The notes under the pieces: generated by a model
The model's database searches: none
The model's input: only the letters and a program-made list of their open reading frames with translations
Told to the model about the DNA's origin: nothing
Shown: one piece after another, positions 1 through 13,171 of the stretch
Position numbering within the stretch: position 1 is the first letter of the stretch
Layout: each line of letters begins with the position of its first letter
Assembly (NCBI RefSeq): GCF_018350175.1
Contig: NC_058368.1
Location: 103,604,001 to 103,668,000, forward strand
DNA from: Felis catus
Taxonomy: Eukaryota
Direction: 5' to 3'
Length of the DNA stretch: 64,000 nt
Translations under genes and position numbers: made by a program

Positions 1-1581
1 TGCTATGACTATGTGAACATAATGAAACATGCCACACCTGGAACATTTGTGAATGGTTGGGCTCAGGATCTGTCATTGCATTTCACCAGAGAAATCACTG
101 CTTTTAGGACCCTTATATAAAAGGTGAGAGAAGCAATATTGGATGATGCCAATCTATGAGTCTCTCCTGTGTGCAACATTGACTTTAGGACTGAAACCAG
201 GGAGATAATACTCAAAACCTTTGTACACACATTGTAAAGATGGATGTATACTTTTAAGATAAAACTTTTTAATTCCTTTGCATTTTCCTACCCCATTGAC
301 ATGAGTGTATTTAATGTTCTTTTATCTGAAAGCATTGCTAAATAAATAAAAATTTCATTAACACTATGGCAATTTTAAGTAAATCTTTGCCTAATGATAT
401 GCCCTTTAATTCCTAGTGCCTACTGCATGAGTTAATCCATTTAAGTGAGAAAACATGTTTTGTCAGATTGTGTGAGTCTGACAATTTTTTGAACCAAACT
501 GAAGCCTTTTGAGAATTGAATTCCATTTGCTTCAGGGAAAAAAAAAAAGTGACTTTCTGGTTCAAAGGAAAAATGCTTAGAAGCCATATTTGAAAGGCTC
601 ATAAGGGGTCTTACACATCAAATAGCTCTTAGAAAACAACATTCTGATGAGTTAAGTGTAAATTAATTAGAAACATACAGATTGCTTTTCCCTGGCTGTA
701 CACATGGGTTTCAAAGTTGAAGAAAGAGTGTTTGACAAAATATGTTTGGAGTTTTCATGACCCAAAAGCATAGTAAAGTAGTTCAAGATGTTTCTGTGAA
801 ACAAAGATACTTGTTTTCTTGCAGTGATCTTTCCAAACAAATATTTAATGAGCTCTTATTTAAAAACATTGAGACTCAGGCAGGTACTTCATTTTGTGTC
901 CACCAAGTATATCTCAAAGAGGATTTTTCCCTGCAAAGAAACTGATTAAGTCATTATAAATGAATTCTAGCCTTGCAGTGCTTCTGAAAGAGGAAACACA
1001 AGTGAAGTAAGTATTAAGACACGCTCTTTGCAAATCTATCCTGCACTAAGAGTTGGTGAATGGAATCTCTGAGGTGCTGAGACTACAGACCCGGGAATAG
1101 CATTTCCAAGAAGCTTCTGGGAAAATATCAGACTATAAGAGTTTGATCCAGGTAGTCTGGTTATATGCCCATCAAGTGCTTAGATCCAATTAACAGGGAA
1201 CTACAACTTGTCAAAGATATTAAAGCAAATGAACAATTGTGGAAATGTATGGAGACAAGTATTTCCCTAGTACCATCACTTGAGAAAGTACTTTAAAATG
1301 TTATCATCAGCAAATATTTATTTTACATCAGTTATAGTGCTGAAAACTAGTACCATTAGTATCCCCGAATCCCGATCTTCAAACTCACCACTAAGGAAAA
1401 AAAAAAAAAAAGAATGAATGAAAAGAATGAAAAAAGAAAAAGGCTTAAAGAGTATAAAACACTACCCTTATATCTTTTACTAAGTGATTTAATTTTTCTT
1501 AATTCTGTTTCCAATTAGCTAAAATAAAATTAGGAGGTCCCTTTTAAAGATGAGAACCCATAAAAAAAATTTAAAAAAAAA

Positions 1582-1810
1582 GGGGCGCCTGGGTGGCTCA
1601 GTCGGTTAAGCGGCCGACTTCAGCTCAGGTCACGATCTCACAGTCCGTGAGTTCGAGCCCCGCGTCGGGCTCTGGGCTGACCGCTCAGAGCCTGGAGCCT
1701 GTTTCAGATTCTGTGTCTCCCTCTCTCTCTGACCCTCCCCCGTTCATGCTCTGTCTCTCTCTGTCTCAAAAATAAATAAACGTTAAAAAAAAATTAAAAA
1801 AAAAAAAAAA
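1582..1810 (+). mobile_element. Young felid Can-SINE (SINEC_Fc-type), full length
   Basis: GGGGCGCCTGGGTGGCTCAGTCGGTTAAG head, B-box GAGTTCGAGCCC, (CT)n, AATAAA/polyA tail; AAAGATGAGAACCCATA duplicated at 1546-1562 and after the tail. Confidence 0.97.
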
Positions 1811-4335
1811 GATGAGAACCCATAAAGCACCAAGCCCATCCAGGAAGAACTAATCAAGCTCAATTACTCCAAACCACTTAATTCTCACCCTAATAGAGGG
1901 ATTAGGGGGCTCATATTTTTAATTTACTATAGTAAGTTGTTCTTAAAAAAAAAATTCCCCCAGGGTCATTAGAAACTCAGAAATTTCCCTCAATTATAAC
2001 AAAGTTTTGAAGAATTCTGAAGGTGGATTTTATATAAAAATTACACTGTCACAATTTCAAATAATTGATAGGTTGCTCAAAAAGAGTCATCACAAAGCCA
2101 GCTGAACTATTTGGTATAAGCTAGTTCCCTGGAATCCCTGGGATAGAAAAGCCACCGAAAGATTTTTTTGTAGGTCTACATGGTAAAGTTGATTTTGGAG
2201 TACCATGTCGTCAGTTAACACGTTTGGCAGGCTGCATTCCAGGGGAAATGTGGCAGCTCAGATATATTTAAGATGTACTCTCAGTTTTCTATGATCAGGT
2301 GGCATTTTCGCACATCTATTTTCTTTGCATTTAATTGCTTGAAAGTTCTACTTTTCGTTGTGGGAGATTTGGAAGAGAGAACTAACCATGGATGACTGTT
2401 TGCTTTCCTGCGCCCGAGAGGCTACGTATGTTCAAGTGGATATATCCCATCATACAGCCTGGCCTCAGAAAAATGAATTCAGTGTTTCACACCCAGATAT
2501 TTTTAGAAAAATATTTGTTGATCATAACTGCCCCTCTGCGCAACATACATAAGAAAGCTTCCCATTTGTGATCCAAATTCAGTAACTCATTGAATTAGAA
2601 AAGTTCCCATGCTTTCATTCTTCTTTTCATCTTCAATGGTCGCTTCCTTTTGCTAAACTATTTCTTTGATCTTAAATACACTTCAAACTTACTGACTCTC
2701 CAAACCTTAAGGTAAACAATTAGTGCTATCAGTTCCTAATTTGCTGGCTGGTTATCTTTTAAGTAGATAGATTTGCAATTCAGAACAAGCCTTCCTATAG
2801 ACTTCCACAAAATGCATCATACATTTATGGGACAGTACTAATAATTCTGATTCAAAGTTGTGCATAGCCATGTGGATAACATGGCTTCTGTCACAAAAGA
2901 AGCTACTCTGTCCTCCAGGTAAGGACACAAGATCAACCTCTGCTTGGTGGTACCTGGAATAGGTAAGGGAAGAAGAAAACAAGATGGGGACTCATGGGCA
3001 TCAGAAGTGTAGTAATCCATCCTCTGTAACTACTTAAGATATGGATTTTCTCTTAGTCCATAATTCCCAAATGTTGTCCTGCCCTAACAGAAGTGTCCTA
3101 CAAATTATTCAAATATGTTCGGTCATAAAAGTTTTCTATGGAAAATGGACTTGAAGAAATGTTGGACTAGACATAGTTCAACAGGTTTCTATCCTCTGGG
3201 ATTTTCAGAATTTTTAATATCCTCTGGGAATCTCCAAGTTGGGGCCAAAGTGTCCAGAATGCCCTTGATTTATGAGATTCAGGAACCTCTGAACAAGGAC
3301 GTAGATCTCCCTGAAACAGTACCTAGGAAATGCTTTGGTTATTCCTTATTTAAGTGTCCTCAATAGGGACTGGGGAGTGGGGAGCTGTTAAGAGGAGCTC
3401 CTCCCATTGAGACCTCTGCTACCTCTTTATATACCTAAATCATTCATAATTTGGGGACTGACAAGATCCTCTTTTATTCAGCAAAATAATTTATAAAAAT
3501 ATGTCAGCACCTCCTAATGTGAAGACCTATGAGATAATGCCAAAAAAAAAATTATGAGGGAAAACAACTGTTACACAATCTAGTGAATACAGTTCTGTTG
3601 GGTTAAAAGTAGAATTAAATCCATTGCAGAGAATGCCGCCAGTGGTAGTGATATCATTAATACATTAATATTATTCCAAATATACATACCTAGAGAGTTG
3701 ACTAACACGTACCAAAGCAATCTACCTTTCAAGACTAATACTGTTGAGAGAAAAGAAAAATACTTGAATGGAAAGGGAAAATAAGAGAAACCTGGTTTAG
3801 AATATATCTTTGTGTTTATAAGGTGCTTTACACATTCTGTACTAGACTTTATAGACTAGACCGTGCAGTGTGGTCACCGAGTGCAATGCCAAGGCTCTGC
3901 TTTGCAGCAACCAGGTATGTGTTAGAAACTTCCATATAAGAAGCCTAGAGAGTCAATTATTTCCACAGCGCGGTGCCATTACTGCAGTTCATACATCCCT
4001 GGAAGTGATTTCCTTTCTGCCAAAAAGTCAGTGATGATAAAATCCATCCATTGCTTCCATGCAACTCTTAAGGAGGCAGCATGAAACGAAAGAGTTGCAT
4101 CACCGTGAGCACGGACAGGAGGCGAATTTTGGCATTTCGCAGATTACACGGACAAGAGGAATGGGTGCACAATCGAGATGATCTACAAAGAACCTCAAGG
4201 GGAAGTAGAAGGAGGACTCTGATAATGAAGTTCTAGAGCCAGAAAAGAAACACTTCCTAGAGAAAAACCAATTCTGCCAGTTCTTTAATGAAGACAGAAT
4301 GTGAGTATAATCTAAATCAGAGGTTCTCAAACTTT

Positions 4336-4468
4336 ATTTATTTATTTATTTACTTATTTATTATTTTTATATTTGTTTTTAAAATCATCTCTATGCCTAA
4401 TGTGGGGCTTAAATTCACAACCTCAAGATCAAGAGTCACAGTCTACTGACTAGTCAGCCGGCGGCCCT
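4336..4468 (-). mobile_element. Short older-type Can-SINE inserted in the Charlie1 terminus
   Basis: T-rich tail then GTGGGGCTTAAATTCACAACCTCAAGATCAAGAGTC; GGTTCTCAAACTTT duplicated at 4322 and 4469. Confidence 0.85.
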
Positions 4469-4591
4469 GGTTCTCAAACTTTTTAGTCTTGGGAATAGTT
4501 CACCTCTTAAAAAGGCTTGAACACCTCAAAAAACTATGCGGCTTGTATGTACTGGTGTTTACTGTATTTGAAATTAAAAGTAAGACATTTT

Positions 4592-4860
4592 GGGGGCACC
4601 TGGGTGGCTCAGTAAGTTGAGCTTCTGACTCTTGGTTTTGACTCAGGTCATGATCTCACAGGTTCCTGAGATTAGGCCCCATGTTGGGCTCTGCACTGAC
4701 AGCATGGAGCCTGCTTGGGATTCTCTCTCTCCCTGTCTCTCTGCCCCTCCCCATGTGCATGTGCACGCATTCTCTTACTCTCTCTCCCTCTCTCTCTCTC
4801 TCTCTCAAAATAAATAAGCTTTTTTAAAAAGTCATGTTTTAAAAAAATAAAATAAAAATA
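4592..4860 (+). mobile_element. Can-SINE
   Basis: GGGGCACCTGGGTGGCTCAG head, (CT)n, A-rich tail, degenerate TSD. Confidence 0.95.
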
Positions 4861-4954
4861 AGATTTTTTGGACATATGTATAAATTTAGTGACAAGAGTG
4901 ACATTCTTTTACATTTTGCAATTCATGATGCTTAACAGAAGATAGCTAGATTCA

Positions 4955-5152
4955 GGGTGCCTGGGTGGCTCAGTTGGTTAAGCATCTGACTCTTGGTTTC
5001 AGCTCAGGTCATGATCTCACAGTTTGTGAGTTTGAGCCCTGCACTGGGCTCTGTGCTGACAGCATGGAGCCTGCTTGGGATTCTGTGTCGCCCTCTCTCT
5101 CTGCCCCTTCCCCACTCATGATGTCCCTGTCTCTCTCAAAAATAAATAACTT

Positions 5153-5197
<45 letters not shown>

Positions 5198-5199
5198 CG
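4955..5199 (+). mobile_element. Can-SINE with (CA)n microsatellite in its tail
   Basis: SINE head; TSD AGAAGATAGCTAGAT at 4937-4951 and 5200-5214; (CA)n at about 5156-5194. Confidence 0.95.
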
Positions 5200-5689
5200 A
5201 GAAGATAGCTAGATCCTCTTATCTGTCTCTGCATCTGATCCCCAGCAACATCATCTTGTCCCTGGAAAATGCCTCTGCACATGCAGAGAGAAAGCAAAGG
5301 ACAAAGTAAATAAGGTTTTAGTACTATTATAAGAAAAGTTTGATCTTGCAGACAACCTGAAAGACAGAGACCCAGAGGAGAACCCAAACTGTACTCTGAG
5401 AACCAATGAGTCAAAAACATTGTGTGTCCAGTGCATTTACAGATATTTACACATATCAATATACTGCCTATAGAATTCTCAGTTTAACTTCTTACTAACT
5501 TGTAGGTAGATTATTTCATAGTATAAATTCAAACATCCTTAACTGTTCACTTCTTCCAATGGTATAAAGCCTGCCATACACATTACAAACCAAAATGGCA
5601 ATAAAGATAACATTTTTTAAAAAGATTTTTAAAAATGATTTAAAACACTCTCATACTAAACAGAGGCCTAACAAGATGCATTCTTCACT

Positions 5690-5870
5690 GTCAGTGCTAA
5701 GTATCATATTTTCACATGCAGTACCATTGTATCCTAATAATGAGGTAGACGGAGTGAGCACTATTCTATTTTGCAGATGAGAAAAGTGCACGCAGAGGGG
5801 GGGCAGGTGACTTATCCAAGCACCATAACTAATCCGTGACAGAGCTGGGAATGGATCCAGCCCAAGGCTG
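5690..5870 (-). mobile_element. MIR SINE
   Basis: MIR core ATTTTGCAGATGAGAAAAGTG...GGTGACTTATCCAAG...GACAGAGCTGGGA. Confidence 0.75.
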
Positions 5871-6210
5871 CTTTGGGCTTATCGCTAGGCCAACACACAA
5901 TGCCAAAACACATGTTTGGAAAGGGAAAATTATTGCTGGGGTGTTGTGTTGCCTGACTTGTTTCTTTATAATTCTTCACTCACTTGGCCAAATGGTTGTT
6001 CTGGCAGATACGTAGTTGGTGCTTTGATATTATTTTGCTAAATTTTCCATTTTAATATTTTGAAATGAGTAATTACTCCCACTGGCCTTAATTTTCCTTA
6101 TATTTAAAATTTGGATCAAGATACTGTAAAGACTCCAGCAACAACAACATCTTAATAATTAATAAAACAAGACATATCACAACCTACAATTTAACTTAAA
6201 AAAAAAAAAA

Positions 6211-7138
6211 CAGTCCCCTCAAATTGGGAAAATATGCAAGGGCACTTGTAGTTTGCTCCAGGATAGTGAATGATACCAGAATCTTGGAAGCCAGGCACCA
6301 GGGATGCTTGACATCCTGCAACATTACAGACAATATACTACACGACACTTACTGTCTCATGTCCCCACATGACCTTAAAATGTCTTGTGGACAGCCACAG
6401 GGGGAAAATGTTGTTTGTAATTTTCTGAATCTGGGTACTGGTGGGTAAATGCAAACCATTTCTGCAAAGTTTTAATACGCATTGACTTTTCCAAAAATGA
6501 ACTATCATCTAAAGGAAAGGAAGACTGTATTTTGCTTTGCCTGGAAATTTACCAAAAATGGCCCACTGATTCAGAAAAGTGCTTTGTGGTATTGGTGTCA
6601 TCACAGCTACCCACATTCAGAGCTGCGATACTCAACTGTGATTCTACACACTAGTGTGACCATCTGACTACAACAGATCTACTATAGAGAAACATAACTG
6701 TCTACACAAATATTGAAATATTTAAGTATAAATCACTTTCCAATATTGCTCCTTTATATTGTAATTAACATGTTTTATCATTATTTTCACTGGGTATATA
6801 CAGATATGTTATATTATTTGTGCTTTTCATTATAGATAGTAAAGGGGCACTTGCTAATATCTTTTTTTTTTTACTTTTTAATGTTTATTTATTTTTAATA
6901 GAGATGGAGACAGCAACAGAGCATGAGCAGAGGAGGGGCAGAGAGAGAGGGGGGACACAGAATATGTGTCAGGCTCCAGGCTCTCAGCTGTCAGCACACA
7001 GCCCAATGGGGCTCGAGCCCACGAACCTCAAGATCATGACCTGAGCCGAAGTTGGACGCTTAACTGACTAAGCCATCCAGGAGCCCCCCTAATATTTTTT
7101 AAATAGAGTGCTGTGTCTGATCAGATCAAGAACCACTG
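6211..7138 (+). mobile_element. MER20B-like hAT-Charlie DNA transposon (SINE-interrupted)
   Basis: CCAGGGATGCTTGACATCCTGCAA, GGAAGACTGTATTTTGCTTTG, GATAGTAAAGGGG and terminal AGAACCACTG resemble the remembered MER20B consensus. Confidence 0.8.
6862..7088 (-). mobile_element. Can-SINE inside MER20B
   Basis: Reverse-complement SINE; CTAATAT(C/T)TTTT flanks both ends. Confidence 0.95.
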
Positions 7139-8764
7139 GGTTAATTTCCCCCAGAAATTAACAATTAAAATGAAAACTTCCCCTTCTTTCTGCTCCAAAT
7201 TTTAGCTTAGATTCGGTATTAATAGCTACTTCTCAAATTTCAATCCTTTTTTTCAAAAACACTTATGGTTACTTTGCTTGTGTTAATAAAACAGTGTGAA
7301 AATACCTTCCAGTGCACCTGACTAAAAGGTTTGACATGTTGGGGTTTGGAGAAGAGGATGATGTATTATTAGACCAACTTCAAAAGAAGTGAGTAAAGGT
7401 AGAGTTGGGACCTGCTTTGTGCAGCCTCAAGCTCTTATTCATTCAAAACCCATGACAGCCTCCACCAGTACTGCCCAGCACAACACCAAGTGTATAACAC
7501 ACTTGAGAGAACACAACGTTCTCTAGGCTTTACCCACCAACAGAGAGAGAAGGTGTAGTTCAAAACACTGTTGATTGTATGAGAGAAGCGACAGCCGCTA
7601 CTTGTCCTCAAACATCCTCCTGAAAATTATTCCTTGCGATGCGAACTGTAGATTCAAAAGGGAGTGTTCTTTTCAAACATGAATGATCTTCATTTATAAT
7701 TAAATATCGAAAACAATTTCAGTGATAAATGAGTGCCATTTACCAAAATTAGATACAAGTCACTGCGAGTTTTAAAATCCCGACAAAGTTGTGATCAATG
7801 TATTCTATACAACAAATAATTGTGATATTTATTTTGCTACCTGTTCATCAAGGGTTTCCTCGACTGCTTTCCTGAACCATGCAACTATGTTAAGATATAT
7901 TTTTCATGCCTCCTGCAATCTGAGATATATTTTTTGAACATCGAAAATGAAATGACTTCTTAATCGCATCATTTTTTCCCCCTCTGGAAGACAACGCCTT
8001 TTTTGCTCACTGTTTTGAAAACTACCCAAATCAATACAACTTTCATGGTTGGGTACTAGCCTACTTGATTGTGTTAGGAAAATATGTACAGGGCTGGGAA
8101 TCGTGTTTACTTCCTCTGGCTCTATTAGTTTTGCAGCAACGGCTCATAAACAGCATACGCCATTAATTTAGCATAAGCTCTGCACTAATAATGACAATTG
8201 ATTTCTTTGTTTAATTTCTTTACAACCAAATGACACGCTTTACAACAAACCCCATTTTAAAGTCCCTCTGGGCATGTGGATTACATTACACCTTTTAAAA
8301 AGCTTATGTTTGATGCCTAACCCACCTGATATTTTTCTCTTATGAACATTTAAAATATAAAACTAAATCTAACTGAACTATTATAATTTTAGTTATTAAG
8401 TTTGAGGAAAAGATTAATAAGCATTTCAAAAAATAAAAACTTCCACATAGAAATTTCCCTTTCAACTTGGGCTAACATCCATTATATAATGAACTATAAC
8501 GCATAACTCCATAATTCTCTGTGGCCTAAAAGTCAACATTTTCAGGTGCCAACAACTACTCTCTCTGAATATACCGACCTCGAGCCAGTGAGACATTCTT
8601 TTCTGCTTTAACTTTCTAAGCTATAAAACAGAACGATGATATCTCTAAATACATGTTTTATGTACATACTAATGGAAGCCTCAATTGTCAACCGTTCCAA
8701 CTGACTACATCTCTCCGTATGCTCTGAAAAATAAACTCTTGTTGGCATAAGTATAAATCCTGAG

Positions 8765-8937
8765 TGACTAATCCCTGAATTCAAGTCCTAACTTGCCACT
8801 TATAAACCAGATCATGTTGGCCATGTCATTTCACATTTTGGAGTGTCTATTTCTGCATACATCAAAAGTGATTAATGATACATATTCCGCTTCACTCACA
8901 GGGCATTTGTGAACACAAAATAAGAAAACTCATGTGA
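8765..8937 (+). mobile_element. MIR SINE
   Basis: CCTGAATTCAAGTCCTAACTTGCCACTTA...TTGGCCATGTCATTTCAC...CTCACAGGGCATTTGTGA. Confidence 0.7.
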
Positions 8938-9265
8938 TTTTCAAATCACAATACTCAGATGATGAATAGAAGGAGCAAATATAGTTCAAAGAGCATGACG
9001 TGTTTTCTGCTCTCTGGAATTTTGAATCCCCAGGCACGTATTTCTAAATAGACAAAATAGTGTGATCTGAATGGAACACTGTAAAATAAACAAAGTCACA
9101 TCTATAGGGCTGCTATGACTTGACACAACAGTGAGCTGCATCGTCTCTCTAATCAGTTAAGCTCCAAATTCAAGCTCATTCCATCAGCCATGCTCAAAGC
9201 AAGGCCCACAACACAAGATACATCACATCAAATCTATTATTTTGTTAGAAGTTCCTTTCTTATTT

Positions 9266-9478
9266 ATTTTGATTTTGATTTTGATTGATTGATTGATTGA
9301 GAAAGAGGGCATGAGTGGGGGAGGGGCAGAGAGACAGGGAGAGACAGAGAGAGAATCCCAAGCAGGCCCCATGCCTAGCGTGGAGCCAGACACGGGGCTC
9401 AATTCCATGACCGTGGGATCACGACCTGAGCCAAAATCAAGAGTCGGATGCTCAACTGACTGAGTCACCCAGGAGCCC
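9266..9478 (-). mobile_element. Can-SINE
   Basis: Reverse SINE; TTCCTTTCTTATTT at 9252 and 9482. Confidence 0.95.
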
Positions 9479-10631
9479 TACTTCCTTTCTTATTTTTAAT
9501 GCCTAGAATAATTTGTTGGGGATTTGAGGCAAAGGTATGCCCTGTACCTATGAACATAATATAAACGTTAGTCATAATCATGATTTTGACTTTTATGCTA
9601 TAGGCCAGTCTCCAACGTGGGTTTTTAGTTTCAACTTTTATCCAGAGTTACAAACTAAATTTTTTTCCTATATGCTATCCATCTCCAACTGTACAGCCCA
9701 AATCAAATACTTCCATTTTATACTTAAATGCATTAGTTAGAGGCTTTTTTGCTTACTTTTTCTGTGTACTTCTTAGTTGGTGCAAATTTTCTATAGAAAC
9801 ATATATAATGGTAAAAGTGAAATAAAAGAATAAATTTATATATGCCACCAATTCTTAGTAAATGGATGCAGGCATAAAGATGAACCTATCTCCTAAAGTC
9901 AAGCTTTGACAAGGAAAATAGAGCTGTAAGGGAATATTCTAATACCAGAGTCTCACAAATTATATACCCTATGCAACCTTCATATTTGAAACGGAAGAAA
10001 TAAAATGAAATCTACTTTCTAATGACTCCATTCAAGTCAACTTCACCCCCCACTGAGAGGAAGCCCACTGAGAAATAGTTATGCAGCATATTTGCAAAGT
10101 CCAAAAAACACTGCAAGGAGACACTGGTTACGAAATGTTTTGATAAGTGTGATGTGAATAATTAACAGATGAGAACATTTTTTTCCCTTCTAAGGGCAGC
10201 AGGAGATTAAGTTAACAGTCTATAATGGCATGACTGATTCGTTCATTTTCAGTATAAAAATGAGCTGCTTAAAGCTAATCCTCATGCTAAAATGTAAATG
10301 TATAGCTCCTCAAGAAAAGAAACAACATGTTCATGACAAGTGGCAAAAACAATTAGACTGGCAGCAGTCTTTGAAGCCAGCTGTGAACACTGTCAAGAAA
10401 GAGAACAGACAGAATCAATCTCTCACAGTGGTCCAGGTCCTGAACTACAGTAAAGTTTCACATTATTTTTCTGACTTCTATATTCTCTAACTTTAGAAAT
10501 ATCTAGATGAGATGCTTATATTAGAACAGAAATGAAAATGGAGAAGGAAATGAACAAATTTATATTGACTTTGCCTACCTTTGAAGACAAAAGTGAAATG
10601 AAAACTTTTCAATTTTACTTAAGAAAGAACA

Positions 10632-10813
10632 GGGGCACTTGGGTGGCTGAGTCTGTTAAACGTCTGACTCTTAATCTCAGCTCAGTCATGATCTCATGGT
10701 TCGTGAGATAGAGTCCCACAGCAGGCTCTGCATTGACAGTGCAGAGCCTGCTGTGGGACTCTCTCTCTCTCCTCTCTCTCTCTCTCTCACAATAAATAAA
10801 TAATCTTTAAAAA
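10632..10813 (+). mobile_element. Can-SINE
   Basis: GGGGCACTTGGGTGGCTGAG head, (CT)n, AATAAA tail. Confidence 0.93.
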
Positions 10814-10821
10814 TAAGAAAC

Positions 10822-10912
10822 AATGAATGAATGAATGAATGAATGAATGAATGAAAGAAGGGAAGGAAGGAAGGAAGGAAGGAAGGAAGGAAGGAAGGAA
10901 GGAAGGAAGGAA
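10822..10912. repeat. Compound microsatellite (AATG)n-(GGAA)n
   Basis: Directly visible. Confidence 0.97.
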
Positions 10913-12012
10913 GAGACAGACAGACATAATACTGCTCTAGAACTAGTAAAGCCTTTATAATTTATTCTCAAAAAGGTACACATCAGTGTTAGACCATAAC
11001 ACAGGATGGCTAAAAACAGATGGGAATCTATGAAAAAATATATAATGTATTATAAAAAATATACAGCATATTATAATGTATATAATGTATTATAAATATT
11101 TCTAATGTATAAAGGACATAAAGCACATTTTATTTCTTGGATTAGTAGTGGCTATAAGTGTGTGCATTTTATAATTATTTGCCTTGTTGTGTGTTTATAA
11201 ACTTTTATAGAAAAGTGGCTATGTCTGCCCTATCTCAAAATTCACTTCAGCCAGAACATCAAGCTGCTGGAAGCATTTGTCAAGCAAGCCTTTTGGCATC
11301 ATGCAGATAAGATAATCATGCAGAGCAAATAATGAATTTATATATTTCACTAATTCTTAGCAAATGGCCTGAAGGCAGGTATGACAATGAACTCATGCTG
11401 AAATGTATCTATTTCAAAAAAAACCAAAACCAAAAACAAAAACAAAAAACCTTGACAAAGAAAAAAGAATTCTAAATGAATTACTAAAACAGAAAAATAA
11501 AATGAAATCTAACTTACTAGCAATTAGTATGACTTACTTAACTCACCCTACACTAAGGGGAAACTAACTATTGTGGGACAGGTACATAGCAACTCATGTC
11601 CCTGTTCTTCAAATTCACATCTGGAGATGTTACTTCAGACATGTTCCTGGTAGATAAATCTGGTCCTGATTTATATTCATAGGTCACAGAGCATGAAATT
11701 TTAGTGCCCTACAATCTATGTATAAATCTGAAAAGGTAAACAAATGCATTCACCTGTACAGGGACAAAAGAGAGTACTTACTGCATTAAAGAGGATGCAT
11801 ATTACAATATTCTGTGAAACCAATGAGTGTCCAAAGTTTATTGATCTATTATATAGGTGCGAATGCAGCAATGAAGATATGGAATCTAATACTGTGTTTA
11901 ATAATGAAGTAGTGGGTTACACGTAAGAGTTGGTAATACAGGTTTTAAAATTTCAGTCTATAAATATTCTTTTCTAACGTACACTGAAACATGTCTGAAG
12001 GAAACAAGAATG

Positions 12013-12014
<2 letters not shown>

Positions 12015-12052
<38 letters not shown>
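12015..12052. repeat. (AC)n microsatellite
   Basis: Directly visible. Confidence 0.98.
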
Positions 12053-12054
<2 letters not shown>

Positions 12055-12684
12055 ATTTGAATTGGAAAACTGTGGCAGCAGTTAAAATTTAAGGAGTAAC
12101 CTATTCCTTTTTAGTCCACAATCCTATGTTAATTTGATTGTCTGGCATTCATAGCCACCAGATGGAAAAAAAACAATGTTGTGCAAAGAGCTACAGACCT
12201 TGGCTGTTTGTGGATCATGCAACGTTATTCATTTTGAATATTTTAGGATATGATTGCCTCATGGACTCTCATCATCTTTTTTATTCCTCTGCCTTGTATC
12301 TTTAATTACAGAATCACAAATTATGGGATGTTACAAGGTACCTGATGAGTCAGGAAAATATACATGTGCTTGTTTTGAACTTTTCCTGGTTTTGGTAAAA
12401 CTCCTCCTAAGAAAAAAGTATGAAAACTGCACATCAAATAAAAAGAATTTGGACCTTCAAAACATATTTTAGAAAACTGGAAATATATTTAAGAGAAAAA
12501 TAAGAGTAGGTCAGTGTTTTTCTTTGTGAAAGGGCTCATTAGCCAGGGGCAGTCAGGAACTGTCCAGTTAGACCTTTCAAGTAAGAATATCATTCTGAAT
12601 AGATAAATTTCTATATTCCAGTCAAGCTCAATTACTTTTATTGTGACAATAAATAATAATAATTATTATTATTTTAAGTGACAA

Positions 12685-12886
12685 GAGCTAGTATAACAGA
12701 TAAGCCCTAAAATCTCAGTAGCTTAAACACAAATCTCAATGGCTTAACACAAGTTTATTTTTCACTCCTGTAGATTCCAAACACTTTTCCTGTTCAAGGG
12801 TGCCTCTCTGCCAGAGGTAGTTCAACAATTCTCACCATGGAAGGAGGGCATGAATCTCTGGCAGACAGCTAGCTGTCTCCTCCATA
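12685..12886 (-). mobile_element. MaLR MLT1-type LTR fragment
   Basis: AAAATCTCAGTAGCTTAA...AAGTTTATTTTTCACTC motif typical of old MLT1 LTRs. Confidence 0.55.
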
Positions 12887-13171
12887 GAAATCGTGTTTTT
12901 AGGAAATTTCAACTTACCAGGAAAACTCACGTCATGAATGCGTCTTCCCCTGACTTGGGAAGGCTCCTTCTTAGTTGTGAGACAGCCACAACGTGGAATC
13001 ATGAGAAAAGTGCAGTATGGGGACCTCCACGCACAATAAGTTATAGAAGAGTTAGGAAAGATTGCCATTCTGTAGTCAATGGAACAATCCAGAAGAGAAT
13101 TACATATGGTACACATAAGAGGGATAAATGTTAGACCAGACCAATTTTCCCAGACCAAAAGGAATTCTGAT

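Larger units (their letters stand above)
4318..5408 (+). mobile_element. hAT-Charlie1-type (Charlie1a/b-like) DNA transposon relic interrupted by three SINEs
   Basis: Left end CAGAGGTTCTCAAACTTTT, right end CTCTGAGAACCAATG (inverted termini); internal ...CTCTTAAAAA...GAAATTAAAA and AGTAAATAAGGTTTTAGTACTATTAT resemble the remembered Charlie1 consensus. Confidence 0.8.

Noticed and set aside
4081..4236. 51-codon ATG ORF with several CpGs
   Set aside because: No recognisable homology or splice context.
12153..12167. CTCF-like GCCACCAGATGGAA
   Set aside because: Mismatch at a core position and no supporting context.
12710..12750. About 21-bp tandem duplication AAATCTCA(GTA/ATG)GCTTAA(A)CAC
   Set aside because: Ordinary old slippage duplication inside an MLT1 fragment.
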